From NCBI GenBank assembly GCA_001189095.1, contig LFCK01000001.1:317159-381158 (forward strand): a DNA stretch of 64,000 nucleotides, given 5' to 3'. This DNA is from Parcubacteria bacterium C7867-001. Lineage in GTDB: Bacteria; Patescibacteriota; Minisyncoccia; Phycocordibacterales; Phycocordibacteraceae. Both the position numbers and the translations under genes were made by a program. Positions 37,520 through 46,952 of the stretch are shown here, piece after piece (within the stretch, counting starts at the first letter, position 1; each line of letters opens with the position of its first letter). The notes below the pieces were generated by a model. The model searched no databases. It was given only the letters and a program-made list of their open reading frames with translations, and was not told the origin of the DNA.

Positions 37520-38122
37520 ATGGCTGACCGGATAGACGAACTCGCAGCCGCGCTCTCTCGCTTCCCCGGCATCGGACCGAGGCAAGCAAAACGTTTCGTG
37601 TATTACATACTCTCCACCCAGCAAGCCGAACGCACAAAACTGGCAGACCTTATCCGCTCGATCGCATCAGAAATAAAACAGTGCCCTGAATGCATGCGCT
37701 TCGCGAACTTCTCCGGACCTTCTTGTTTGTACTGCACAGACACTTCCCGCGATGACGCTCTTCTCATGCTCGTCGAGAAGGATCAGGATCTAGCTTCGGT
37801 CGAACGAGCGGGAACCTATAAGGGTCGCTACTTCGTGCTCGGCGGCGTGCTCACGCTCTCAGGGAAAGGTGCAATACGCGAACGCGAACTCACGCGCGCC
37901 GTAGGCGCGCGCCAGAAGAAAGGCCTCAAGGAAATCGTGCTCGCGCTTTCCGCAACCAGCGAAGGCGAGACCACCACGGACCGTATAAAAGAATTACTCC
38001 TCCCCTATCGCGACTCACTCAAAGTCTCCGAGCTTGGCCGCGGACTCTCGACCGGCTCTGAACTCGAATACGCAGACGCAGAAACATTGCGCAGTGCACT
38101 CCAAAACCGCCACGAGACATAA
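37520..38122 (+). CDS. recR: recombination protein RecR
   Basis: FPGIGPRQAKRF HhH motif, C4 zinc finger CPEC...CLYC, Toprim domain. Confidence 0.9.
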   Translation: MADRIDELAAALSRFPGIGPRQAKRFVYYILSTQQAERTKLADLIRSIASEIKQCPECMRFANFSGPSCLYCTDTSRDDALLMLVEKDQDLASVERAGTYKGRYFVLGGVLTLSGKGAIRERELTRAVGARQKKGLKEIVLALSATSEGETTTDRIKELLLPYRDSLKVSELGRGLSTGSELEYADAETLRSALQNRHET

Positions 38123-38161
38123 CGAAACCGCCTCGGGAACCGAGGCGGTTAAATTTGAATA

Positions 38162-38536
38162 TTACGCAACACGACTTTCGTGCATACAGGTGCCAGTAGC
38201 ACACGCGATGAGTTCCTGCTGAGCTTTCGTAAGCTCGCTGAGGCCGTCCGCCACATGCCAATTGGAAACAACGGCGAGCGTCGTCATTTCCCGAAAGTCG
38301 GCTTCCGCGTCGAGGTGATAGAAATCACTGCCATCGGCGGCCCACGTGAGCGTGCGCCCAACGATGGAGAAACGACGATGGAATTCGACCGTTTGCAGAA
38401 GTTCGCCGATGCGAAGCGTGTCCCCCGATGCTGGAATGCTAGTCCGATCGAAGATCGGCGATTCGAGCTTGAGATATTTCTTCCCGTTGATCTGATACCT
38501 CTTCGCAAGACGCACGGTAATCTGGACTTTAGTCAC
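38162..38536 (-). CDS. hypothetical protein
   Basis: Start set to the GTG preceded by AAAGGAGG (6-nt spacer); 123 aa. Confidence 0.4.
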   Translation of the reverse strand: MTKVQITVRLAKRYQINGKKYLKLESPIFDRTSIPASGDTLRIGELLQTVEFHRRFSIVGRTLTWAADGSDFYHLDAEADFREMTTLAVVSNWHVADGLSELTKAQQELIACATGTCMHESRVA

Positions 38537-38620
38537 GAGAACCTCCTTTGTTCTGCTGTCAACGATAGTCTTCCTCTCGTCGAAAGTCAAAACCGCTCGG
38601 CGTAGCCGAGCGGTTCACTT

Positions 38621-38956
38621 CTATCGCGAAGCGCGTTTCTTCTGCGCGGAATCCGCTTGGAGCTGATCCGCAACAACCTTCTCCCGACCCTCGAGGAAGG
38701 TCCAGCCCTTCTCCTCAAGAACCAGCAATACCGCCGAAAACGGCGTTGCGAGCGATACTTCGCGGCTCTGAGGAGAGCCGTCGAGTGGCACGCTCGTATG
38801 CGTATGCTTCACCTGCACACTGACCCAGTTTGTGAAGAAGTTAACATAGTCACCCGGAGGAAACGCCGCATCGACGTCCATCTCGGGGCTCCGTATTACC
38901 GCGGACGACATGATGCTGTCCCGCGGATGGTAGAGCAGTCTGAACGTGGTCTTCAT
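38621..38956 (-). CDS. hypothetical protein downstream of rplU (not Prp-like)
   Basis: Start moved to the ATG with RBS gaagggag; 112 aa; terminator hairpin 38592-38616. Confidence 0.4.
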   Translation of the reverse strand: MKTTFRLLYHPRDSIMSSAVIRSPEMDVDAAFPPGDYVNFFTNWVSVQVKHTHTSVPLDGSPQSREVSLATPFSAVLLVLEEKGWTFLEGREKVVADQLQADSAQKKRASR

Positions 38957-39048
38957 TGGTAGACTCCCTTCGTTTGTCTGCTGCGAACAATACGGGAAAC
39001 GCCCACTAACGTCAAAACCCGCCGGAGGGCGGGTTTTGCGCGGTTTGA

Positions 39049-39366
39049 TCATCCGATTGAGGAGATTTTCACTTTCATCTCCGGCTGCTTGTGGCCGCGA
39101 CGCTTCAAGTAGCGGCTCTTGGCCTTGTACTTCACGACGTCTATTTTCTTCGCACGACCAATAGCTTCGATGGTCGCTTCGACCTTCGCTCCCTTAACGG
39201 TCGGAGTGCCGATGTTTGCGGTCGAGCCGTCGTCGGTCATGAGGACCTCCGAGAAGGTTACCGCGTCGCCCTTTTTGAGATCGCCCGGAAGCTTTTCAAT
39301 CGTAATAACGTCGCCCTTCGCAACGACAAACTGCTTGCCTCCGGTCTTGATTACGGCCAATTCCAT
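39049..39366 (-). CDS. rplU: 50S ribosomal protein L21
   Basis: MELAVIKTGGKQFVVAKGDVITIEKL is a canonical L21 N-terminus. Confidence 0.9.
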   Translation of the reverse strand: MELAVIKTGGKQFVVAKGDVITIEKLPGDLKKGDAVTFSEVLMTDDGSTANIGTPTVKGAKVEATIEAIGRAKKIDVVKYKAKSRYLKRRGHKQPEMKVKISSIG

Positions 39367-39496
39367 ATCGGGGTACTTTACCGGAAAAGGCCTATTTTAG
39401 CAATACAGAGCGTTTCCCCTCCGTAAGGCTGATATTGACTTAGGACTATAAATGTGATATTATGTATATTGTCTCTCGCAACGAAAAGGAGGAGAC

Positions 39497-39916
39497 ATGC
39501 GTACAAAGAAAGACTTGAGTGCTTCCGTGAGGGAGTTCCTCCGGGTTTCGAGGGTACTGGACGCAGCGTTCGCAGAAGCGAACGAAGCGTATCTGGTCTT
39601 CGGCGTCGACCTCTACGAAACGGGGTACGTGCCGGAACGTCCGACAGCGAAACCTCAACGTCGTATCGCTCGTACGGCCCCACCGAAGAAGCGCGGGCGC
39701 CCGCCCAAGCAGACGTCGGAAGGCCGCGAGGAGTTCAAGGAGCTGAAGCTTCAGCACCGTTCCGTGAACGCTCTCCATGCCGCTGGCTACAGCAGCTACG
39801 AGAAGCTTAACGGCGTGTCGAAGAAGAAGCTCGGCGAAGTCCGCTGGCTTGGCGCTAACGCGATCCCGAGGATCGTGAAGGTGCTCGCGAAGCGAGGTAT
39901 GGCGCTTAAGGACTAG
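39497..39916 (+). CDS. small basic DNA-binding-type protein with AT-hook-like PKKRGRPPK and C-terminal helix-hairpin-helix
   Basis: Strong RBS aaaggagga; HhH-like ...KKKLGEVRWLGANAIPRIVKVLAKRG; 139 aa. Confidence 0.5.
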   Translation: MRTKKDLSASVREFLRVSRVLDAAFAEANEAYLVFGVDLYETGYVPERPTAKPQRRIARTAPPKKRGRPPKQTSEGREEFKELKLQHRSVNALHAAGYSSYEKLNGVSKKKLGEVRWLGANAIPRIVKVLAKRGMALKD

Positions 39917-39937
39917 CTGTCCGAGCCCAAACGCATA

Positions 39938-39968
39938 ACGGCGGCCGCCCATATTCGGGCGGCCGCTT
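39938..39968 (+). terminator. rho-independent terminator
   Basis: ggcggccgccc-atattc-gggcggccgc followed by ttcctctttt. Confidence 0.65.
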
Positions 39969-39979
39969 CCTCTTTTATA

Positions 39980-40012
39980 CGAAAAGAGCCGGCGCATAGC
40001 GCCGGCTCTTGC
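39980..40012 (-). terminator. rho-independent terminator for the convergent minus-strand genes
   Basis: aagagccggcgc-ata-gcgccggctctt followed by a T-run on the minus strand. Confidence 0.65.
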
Positions 40013-40015
40013 TCA

Positions 40016-40207
40016 TCAGATAATATCGAACTTCGCGAGCATCTGCATCACTGCAAATACTCCGAACAAGACGCCAATCGAAGAGAACAAGATCTTATTT
40101 CCTTTCGTAGGGGTCATGAACGCAAAGGCAATCATCATCACGCAGACGATGATGTCCATCACCAAGAATACTGGACTGAAAACCACTTTTAGTTCTCCTT
40201 CTACCAT
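40016..40207 (-). CDS. small membrane protein (hypothetical)
   Basis: Two TM segments, aaggaga RBS; the longer 174-aa reading of the same frame is Arg/His/Cys-rich and judged spurious. Confidence 0.35.
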   Translation of the reverse strand: MVEGELKVVFSPVFLVMDIIVCVMMIAFAFMTPTKGNKILFSSIGVLFGVFAVMQMLAKFDII

Positions 40208-40677
40208 TCGCTGCGCGGAACGAGCTTCGCCACCACCCTCGGTGCCGACTTCCATGGCGGAAGCACGAGATCGAGGATTTGGACAATGAGCGGAGCAGCG
40301 ATTACTGCAAACATAATCATGTTGTCCGGATTCTTCTGTCCGGCATACGGACTGCTTTCGCCACCGATCGAAATAGAGAGCAGCGAAGTTGCGATCATCA
40401 CGATCATGCCGGCGAGCGGCACGAGCGCCGTACGTCGACTCGGTTGTCCACGGAAGCCCAGACTGACTGCGTGCGCAACGCTCCCAAGCATCCATGCAAG
40501 CATGCCGAGGATATAGATGAATCCGAGGAGTAGTACCCATCCGCCTTGAACGGATTCGGTGCCATCCCCAACTCTGGGCATCGTGTCCGTTCCGAATCGA
40601 ACGCCGAACGCCGAAATGAAATAGACGAGCCAGATCACGCCGACCGAAAGCCCGAGCATCTTTCGAGTAAAAGACAT
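40201..40677 (-). CDS. polytopic membrane protein (hypothetical)
   Basis: 158 aa with 4-5 predicted TM helices and plausible composition. Confidence 0.5.
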   Translation of the reverse strand: MSFTRKMLGLSVGVIWLVYFISAFGVRFGTDTMPRVGDGTESVQGGWVLLLGFIYILGMLAWMLGSVAHAVSLGFRGQPSRRTALVPLAGMIVMIATSLLSISIGGESSPYAGQKNPDNMIMFAVIAAPLIVQILDLVLPPWKSAPRVVAKLVPRSEW

Positions 40678-40745
40678 AGTCCTCCCTCCGTTACTCCAAG
40701 CAACCGCGCTTGGATTCTGAAGCTCGTTATACCACCCGTAGGAGA

Positions 40746-41795
40746 TTAATCAATTTCCGCCTGCGGCTTTTCGAGCGCAAGTGCCTCCACGCCGACTTTT
40801 TCACCCGCAATGCGGTACACGTCCTTGTCGATCTTGGCCAACTCCCTATGTCCGGAGTTGAAATGAGACACGACCGTCGAGAGCGAATTGCCGAGCTTTT
40901 CGTAGAACTGATTCAGAGAATCAATATGCTTCGTGAGCTCGCCCACACGCTTTTGTATTTCAACTGCCTTCTCCTCAATCTGAAGGGCTTTCAGTCCCTG
41001 AAGAACGGTCTGCAGATACGCGAGGAACGAGGTTGGCGAGACGATAATGACTTTGTATTTGCTTGCGGCGCGCTGGATGAGGTTTTCCTCCTCCCCTGCT
41101 CCAACCTGATTCACAAGGAGATCGTAATAAATTCCTTCCGACGGAATGAACATAAAGGCGAAGTCCATTGTGTCTTCGTTCGGACGGATGTATTTTGCCG
41201 TTTCGGTGATGCGAAGCTTTAGATCGTTCACGAAGGCTTTCTCGAGCGCTGGCTTCTCGGCTTCAGGCGCGTTGATGAGGCGATTATAGTTTTCGAGCGA
41301 AAACTTCGAGTCGACCGGAACTATTTTCTTATCAATACGCACGATAGCGTCCACGATTTCCCCGTTCGTAAACGGATACTGCATTTCATACATGCCGGGC
41401 GGAAGCACGTTCTTCAAAACCGTTTCGAGATAGTATTCACCGAGCACGCCGCGCTGCTTCGGATTCTTGAGAATGTCCTGCAAGGACTGCATCTGCTCGG
41501 AGAACTTCACATTTTGACGACCGATTTCCTTCACCGAGGTGAGCTCCTCGGTAATTTCCTTAATGAGTCGGGAAGACTCGCCGAGCTGGGTACGCATAGT
41601 CTCATTCGCCTGCTTCGCCGATTCGCTCATGCGGGAATCGAGATTCCGTTCGAGCCCTTCGAGCCGCTGCATAAGAAGCGCGCTCCCCGCAGTGTCATCC
41701 ATGCCCTTTTTCGTGCGGCCAAAGATGAAATACAGGCCAATGCCCTGCACAAAGAGCAAAACGATGATGACAATTCCGATGGTGAGGACGTCCAT
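40746..41795 (-). CDS. rmuC: DNA recombination protein RmuC
   Basis: N-terminal TM, long coiled coil, conserved RmuC C-terminal region. Confidence 0.8.
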   Translation of the reverse strand: MDVLTIGIVIIVLLFVQGIGLYFIFGRTKKGMDDTAGSALLMQRLEGLERNLDSRMSESAKQANETMRTQLGESSRLIKEITEELTSVKEIGRQNVKFSEQMQSLQDILKNPKQRGVLGEYYLETVLKNVLPPGMYEMQYPFTNGEIVDAIVRIDKKIVPVDSKFSLENYNRLINAPEAEKPALEKAFVNDLKLRITETAKYIRPNEDTMDFAFMFIPSEGIYYDLLVNQVGAGEEENLIQRAASKYKVIIVSPTSFLAYLQTVLQGLKALQIEEKAVEIQKRVGELTKHIDSLNQFYEKLGNSLSTVVSHFNSGHRELAKIDKDVYRIAGEKVGVEALALEKPQAEID

Positions 41796-41817
41796 TTGCC
41801 TATAGTATACTTTCGCT

Positions 41818-42270
41818 ATGACGATTCACGAAACGATAAAAGCGGGCATTAAGGAGGCCCTCATGGCGAAAGACGAGGTGCGCTTGCGTACGATTCGCTC
41901 GCTCGCGACCGCAATGACCAACGAAGTGGTAGCTAAGAAACGAAAGCCGGACGAATTCCTCACGGATGAGGAAGCACTCGCCGTACTCAAACGCGCAAGC
42001 AACCAGCGCAAGGACTCCATAGAACAGTTCGAGAAAGCTGGACGCAATGAGCTTGCCGAGCCCGAGAAAGCGGAGCTTGCCATCATCGAGTCGTTCCTTC
42101 CCGCACAGATGTCTGCGGAAGAAGTCGCAGCCGTCGTGAAGGCGAAAGCCGCGGAAATGGGTGCCGATAAATCAAAAGCAGGAATGCTCATGGGCGCTGT
42201 GATGAAGGACCTCAAGGGCGCGGCGGACGGCGGCACCGTGAAAGCTGCCGTCGACGCGCTGTTTGCATGA
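41818..42270 (+). CDS. GatB/YqeY domain protein
   Basis: N-terminal ...KEALMAKDEVRLRTIRSLATAM... and C-terminal GADKSKAGMLMGAVMK are YqeY-typical. Confidence 0.8.
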   Translation: MTIHETIKAGIKEALMAKDEVRLRTIRSLATAMTNEVVAKKRKPDEFLTDEEALAVLKRASNQRKDSIEQFEKAGRNELAEPEKAELAIIESFLPAQMSAEEVAAVVKAKAAEMGADKSKAGMLMGAVMKDLKGAADGGTVKAAVDALFA

Positions 42271-42536
42271 ACGAACGACAGCTTTCTCCCGCGGAAATAG
42301 CTGCCCGTACCGAAACGCGAGATCGCGAACTCCTAAAAGATATACAAGTCCTCCCGAACGCTTCTCTGACGGAAGTGGACGTGATGATACGCGGCACCCG
42401 AATTACGTACAGCCGCAGTACGAACGGAATCCCGCAATATGAGTGGAGCTCGAGCACTCACCTGACCTCTGAAGAAAAACGTCTTGGTTTGCGCGCCGCA
42501 ACAGACTTTTTTACGACACATCAACAGGCGGCCTAG
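42267..42536 (+). CDS. hypothetical protein
   Basis: 89 aa; stop/start overlap with the yqeY-like gene. Confidence 0.4.
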   Translation: MNERQLSPAEIAARTETRDRELLKDIQVLPNASLTEVDVMIRGTRITYSRSTNGIPQYEWSSSTHLTSEEKRLGLRAATDFFTTHQQAA

Positions 42537-42596
42537 TAGATTGCAGCTCCACTAAGATACTGATACTGTGCGCTCAGAACTTAGAAAGGAGTCCAC

Positions 42597-42863
42597 ATGA
42601 CTTCCCGTTCTTGGACGATCAAGAATATTTCTGAAGGCGAATACCGTGTTTCTAACGGAACGACGTCATACTTCTTCCTCGTTTCTGCAGCAATCATCAA
42701 CTGTGATCCGATTCCGCTTCCAGCGAAAACCACCCGTAACGGCAAACCATTGCGCGAAACCGCGCTCGACGCGTCCGAACGTGGACGCGCCTCGGACTTC
42801 CTGAAGCGGGAGCTCCGTATTCGCGGTGTGATTCCCTCAACATACAAAAAGGTCGCTCCATGA
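42597..42863 (+). CDS. hypothetical protein
   Basis: RBS gaaaggag before the ATG; 88 aa. Confidence 0.45.
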   Translation: MTSRSWTIKNISEGEYRVSNGTTSYFFLVSAAIINCDPIPLPAKTTRNGKPLRETALDASERGRASDFLKRELRIRGVIPSTYKKVAP

Positions 42864-42917
42864 GGGGCGACCTTTTCTCTTTTCGTTATCTTCTCCATCT
42901 GTTATAACTGGTGCTAC

Positions 42918-42989
42918 GGCTCCATCGTCTAACGGTTAGGACGCTAGCCTCTCACGCTGGAAATCGGGGTTCGATTCCCCGTGGAGTCA
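42918..42989 (+). tRNA. tRNA-Glu (anticodon CTC); CCA not encoded
   Basis: Hand-folded: acceptor ggctcca/tggagtc, anticodon stem ctagc/gctgg with loop ctCTCac, T-arm cgggg-ttcgatt-ccccg. Confidence 0.8.
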
Positions 42990-42995
42990 CAACTG

Positions 42996-43024
42996 CGAAA
43001 CCGCCCATACGGGCGGTTTCGCGT
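42996..43024 (+). terminator. terminator hairpin after tRNA-Glu
   Basis: gcgaaaccgccc-atac-gggcggtttcgc. Confidence 0.6.
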
Positions 43025-43027
43025 TGT

Positions 43028-43095
43028 GACTCCAAGCACTATTCGGGGAATAGTGCGACGGGGAATCGAAAGTCGGAGCGCGTCGGCGCGAGGCG
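43028..43095 (-). repeat. degenerate inverted partial copies of tRNA-Glu 3'-half elements (pseudo-tRNA fragments)
   Basis: gtgactcca is the reverse complement of the tRNA 3' end tggagtcac; cggggaatcgaa matches the reverse complement of the T-arm cggggttcgattccccg; local hairpin cactattc-ggg-gaatagtg. Confidence 0.45.
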
Positions 43096-43237
43096 GGGTC
43101 GCGGAACTTTTCAACAGAAAAGTATCCGTGACCGATGCGTGCCGCATTCTTATGCGGACACTTCCCCAAAATCTATCCCCCCTGTTCCTAAAAAAAGCGC
43201 GCCCGGTTGGGCGCGCAAGGCAATCAGTTCGTCGACG

Positions 43238-43534
43238 CTACTTAGCAGCGACTCGCAGCTCTTTAGGCTCGACGATCTGAACGTCGTTGAGGAATTCAGG
43301 CGCGTTGTCGAACGGTTTGGGCGAGACGCGAATCTCGCATTCCGTGAGCAACTTGCCCGAAACGATATCGACAAACGACCCGATCGGGACGTTCTTCGCT
43401 TCACCGCCGCGAGGCGGGCGAATGGACAGAGAGGAGACGTCACCGTGGTGCTGGTTGATACCAACCACCGAGACATGCATCCCATTCCGCTTCACTTGAG
43501 CGGTCTTCTTCCCATTCACATACAAGGTAGGCAT
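43238..43534 (-). CDS. hypothetical protein
   Basis: Start moved to the ATG with RBS gaaaaagggga; 98 aa; terminator hairpin 43188-43222 on the minus strand. Confidence 0.45.
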   Translation of the reverse strand: MPTLYVNGKKTAQVKRNGMHVSVVGINQHHGDVSSLSIRPPRGGEAKNVPIGSFVDIVSGKLLTECEIRVSPKPFDNAPEFLNDVQIVEPKELRVAAK

Positions 43535-43638
43535 CCTTGTTTCCCCTTTTTCCTGAGTGTACGTATTCCCAGATTGATTTCTTGGGAATCCTGATAGCCT
43601 ACAAAAAAATATCCCGCACTTCAAGGGTGCGGGGTGCA

Positions 43639-44928
43639 CTACTTCTTCAGGAGCCACTCCTTGTCCTGACGGACGAGCTTGGCGCGGTCTTCCGGATTCT
43701 TGAGGAGAGATTCAACGATGCGCTCCATGCGAATGGCCTGCGAACCTTTGACGAGCACCGCATCTTTTGGCTCAAGGAGTTTGGGGAGTTCACGCACGGC
43801 GTCCTCAGAGGTATCGAAAGCATGAACGACTGTTTCGGGCATGCCGTGCGCTCGAGCTGCGCTCGCTATCGCATGAGCACGAATGCCAACTGCGATAAGC
43901 GCATCGACTGACTGTGCGGCGAGCTTTCCAATGCGTTCATGCTCTTCAACCGAATAGCGTCCGAGCTCGAGCATGTCGCCCAAGATAGCGACGTGCCGCC
44001 CGCAATCAGTAACCAACGCGAGCGCAGCAAGACTTTCCTCGACAGCTGCCGGACTCGCATTATACGAATCATCGATAAGCAGCACGCCATTCGCTCCGGA
44101 GAAGAGTCTTCCACGACCGGGCGGCGGCGTATACGCCCCGAGACCAGCGAGAGCCTCTTTCGCATCCATTCCAAGCGACACCGCAAGTGCGAGCGCTGCG
44201 GCAGGTGCATAGAGCTGCGAGCGGCCGAGCGCGCCACGCTCCACGAGCGCATGATGCGCCCCGCTTACGGCTACCCGCGCTTTCATACCCATCGTATTCC
44301 CTGCTTCGATGAGAAGTTCAGGATCCGTGATACGTACCTGCGCTTTTGTGTCGTAGCCAAAACTAATGCGGCGTACCGGAAGTCGCGCAGCCATCTCGGC
44401 AGCGTAGCCATCATCCGCAGAAAAGACGAGTGGTGCGTCTTGAGGAAGCGCGTACGCTGGAGCGAACTCCTCGTCGCGCACGGCCTGTGGCGTTGCATAC
44501 GCCTCCACGTGCACCGGCACATGCGGCAGATGAGTAACAACCACGGCGTCAGGTGTCACGATACGCAATATTTTCTTCAAGTCCCCCGGTCGATCAGCTC
44601 CCACCTCAAGCACCAACACCTTCGGATAGTGACTGGGGAGGAAGATGAGCGCGAGCGCCTCTTCGATAACGCGGATCCACGCAAGCGGATTACTCCATGG
44701 ATTCTTGGCACCAATGATAGTGAGCGGAACGCCAAATTCGCTGTTATAGCTCTTCTCGCTCGCACGCAGGAAATAGGAGTCTGCCAGCGCTGCAGCAACC
44801 GCATCCTTGGTTGAGGTCTTCCCCACACTTCCGGTCACCATCACGATGAGCGGACGGTATTTCCTCACAATGCTTGAGGCGAGGAAGCCGAGGAACGAAG
44901 CTGCGATGGTTTTGAGGATGGTTTTCAT
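43639..44928 (-). CDS. murF: UDP-MurNAc-tripeptide--D-alanyl-D-alanine ligase
   Basis: Mur ligase P-loop VTGSVGKTSTK and DDSYNASP motif; 429 aa. Confidence 0.85.
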   Translation of the reverse strand: MKTILKTIAASFLGFLASSIVRKYRPLIVMVTGSVGKTSTKDAVAAALADSYFLRASEKSYNSEFGVPLTIIGAKNPWSNPLAWIRVIEEALALIFLPSHYPKVLVLEVGADRPGDLKKILRIVTPDAVVVTHLPHVPVHVEAYATPQAVRDEEFAPAYALPQDAPLVFSADDGYAAEMAARLPVRRISFGYDTKAQVRITDPELLIEAGNTMGMKARVAVSGAHHALVERGALGRSQLYAPAAALALAVSLGMDAKEALAGLGAYTPPPGRGRLFSGANGVLLIDDSYNASPAAVEESLAALALVTDCGRHVAILGDMLELGRYSVEEHERIGKLAAQSVDALIAVGIRAHAIASAARAHGMPETVVHAFDTSEDAVRELPKLLEPKDAVLVKGSQAIRMERIVESLLKNPEDRAKLVRQDKEWLLKK

Positions 44929-46664
44929 GATGCAGTTTCCTTAAGCGAGGCCCTATCGGGCGGAATCGAGTAATAATTAATCAAAAAGTGCGTTATGTCC
45001 ATAAATGGGTGCGTAAGCGTCTCCGAGGCGTACTGCACCCCCTGCGGATAGCGAGTGTAGAGCAGAATGATGTAGCGCGGGGAATGCGCAGGGAAATAAC
45101 CGAAAAAGGAGTGGAGATAGAGCGAATCGTAGTAGCCGCCTCCCGGCGCTGCGACTTGCGCAGTTCCGGTCTTTGCCGCCACCGTCATCTCAGGAATCTT
45201 TAAGGAACCGTTTGCGAGCTTCGTATCCACGACCCGCACAAGCATCGTGCTCACCGACGCAACCGTCTCAGGCCTATAGACCTGTACTGGTGCAGGATAG
45301 GTAAGTTCTTTCGTTACGCCGCTTTCAAGCCGCACGGCTTTCACGATATGCGGCGTGACGATCGCACCCTGATTCGCAAGACTGCCGAGTGCGCGAATCA
45401 TTTCAAACGGCGTCTCTGCGATACCCTGCCCGAAGGACGCCGTGTCGTACTCGACATCGCGCGGACTGGTCATGATGTTTCTGATATCGCCCGAGATTTC
45501 GCTCGGCAGGTCGACATTCGTCTGCGTGCCGAATCCAAGCTTCTGGATGTAGGCACGAAAACCTTCGTGCCCGATGCGCGTCGCGACGAATGACGCTCCC
45601 ACGTTCAAGGACTGCGAAAGAATTTCCTGCACCTGCGTGTTCGGTCCGCGCGCCTTGAGGTCGTAGTTACAAATCTTTTTTTTGTTCACCGTTATACAGC
45701 CCGTGTCGTTATATACCGACGACGAGGTGATGGCGCCAGAATCGATGCCAGACGCGACCGTGAGCGGCTTCATGATGGAACCGAATTCATAGCGCTTCTC
45801 AACGAGCGGGTTCCCGAAGTGCTCTGGATTCCCATTCTTGAAATCATTGGGATCAAATGATGGATACGTATCGAGTGCAATCACCTCGCCCGTCGCAGGA
45901 TCCATGATGATCCCGCCCGTCTCCGCACTACCGTACTGGTCGTTAATATTCTTCAGAACCTGCACGAGCTTGTCTTGCACCACTGGATCGATTGAAGTTA
46001 TGAGATCGCCTTCGTGCGCGCGGCGACCGTCGGCGACCACACTCCCCACATTCGCGAAGAGTTCCGCGAAGAAATTGCCGAAGAGCCCTTCGCTTCCACG
46101 AGCAAGCACATCTTCATATTTCCGCTCAAGTCCGTAACGACCCGTAATCGTGTTGTGCTCGTCGTAACCAACGAAACCAAGCGTCTGCGCAGCGGACGTT
46201 CCTGCCGGATAGAAGCGCCAACGCTGCCTATCGAGCATCACGCCATCTATTTCAAGAGCATCAATCGCTTTCCCCTTCTCTTCGGGAATCTGCTTCAGTA
46301 TTACCTCGTACGGGTCATCCTGCTTCTGCGCAGATTTCATAAACGCGTCGCGATCGATGGGAAGGATAGCATTTATCGCGGAATACGCGCCTTCGGCGTC
46401 CTTAAGGTGCTCAGGGTTTATAGAAAGGGTGAATCCAGTGAGGAGGCTTGCTGCTGATATAAGCGTGCCATCCTTTTTACTGAAATAGATCGTGCCGCGG
46501 TCATAGATCTCCTGACTCGCGCTTTCGTACTGATGCTCGGCCTTGCGCGCGTAGTCGGCGCCATGCACCACCTGCACGAAATACAGGCGAACGATGAGGA
46601 AGAGCGCGAACAGAGCGACGAGTCCGGCGAGCACGCGCAGCCGCATCCGGAAAGCGCGTCGCAT
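44925..46664 (-). CDS. ftsI: peptidoglycan D,D-transpeptidase FtsI (class B PBP)
   Basis: SIMKP (SxxK) and KTGTA motifs; N-terminal TM; lies between ftsL and murF. Confidence 0.85.
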   Translation of the reverse strand: MRRAFRMRLRVLAGLVALFALFLIVRLYFVQVVHGADYARKAEHQYESASQEIYDRGTIYFSKKDGTLISAASLLTGFTLSINPEHLKDAEGAYSAINAILPIDRDAFMKSAQKQDDPYEVILKQIPEEKGKAIDALEIDGVMLDRQRWRFYPAGTSAAQTLGFVGYDEHNTITGRYGLERKYEDVLARGSEGLFGNFFAELFANVGSVVADGRRAHEGDLITSIDPVVQDKLVQVLKNINDQYGSAETGGIIMDPATGEVIALDTYPSFDPNDFKNGNPEHFGNPLVEKRYEFGSIMKPLTVASGIDSGAITSSSVYNDTGCITVNKKKICNYDLKARGPNTQVQEILSQSLNVGASFVATRIGHEGFRAYIQKLGFGTQTNVDLPSEISGDIRNIMTSPRDVEYDTASFGQGIAETPFEMIRALGSLANQGAIVTPHIVKAVRLESGVTKELTYPAPVQVYRPETVASVSTMLVRVVDTKLANGSLKIPEMTVAAKTGTAQVAAPGGGYYDSLYLHSFFGYFPAHSPRYIILLYTRYPQGVQYASETLTHPFMDITHFLINYYSIPPDRASLKETAS

Positions 46665-46667
46665 AGC

Positions 46668-46952
46668 CTAGTTACCCGCGCGAGAGATGGCGCCGCGCGG
46701 CACTGCAGCGACATATTCGACACGATCAGGTGCAACGAGTCCGAACGCCGCTGGGTTTTCGCTGTTGATGCGAGCGATAGCGTCGTAGTACTCGGACTCA
46801 AGCGCCGTTATCGCGCTTTCCGTGTCATGGAGCGCAAGGCGGAGTTTCGTTTCGATACTGACAAAATATACCGTTGTCCCAACGAGGAAGAGGTAGAGCA
46901 TCAAAAGGCTCGCCGCGGTAATGGAAAGGAATGGAATGGTTCGACTAGGCAT
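46668..46952 (-). CDS. ftsL: cell division protein FtsL-like
   Basis: 94-aa single-TM protein located between rsmH and ftsI. Confidence 0.6.
   Translation of the reverse strand: MPSRTIPFLSITAASLLMLYLFLVGTTVYFVSIETKLRLALHDTESAITALESEYYDAIARINSENPAAFGLVAPDRVEYVAAVPRGAISRAGN

Noticed and set aside
40016-40540. 174-aa reading of the minus-strand frame
   Set aside because: The N-terminal 110 aa are Arg/His/Cys-rich and overlap the better membrane-protein ORF 40201..40677 in another frame. Only the C-terminal small membrane segment was kept.
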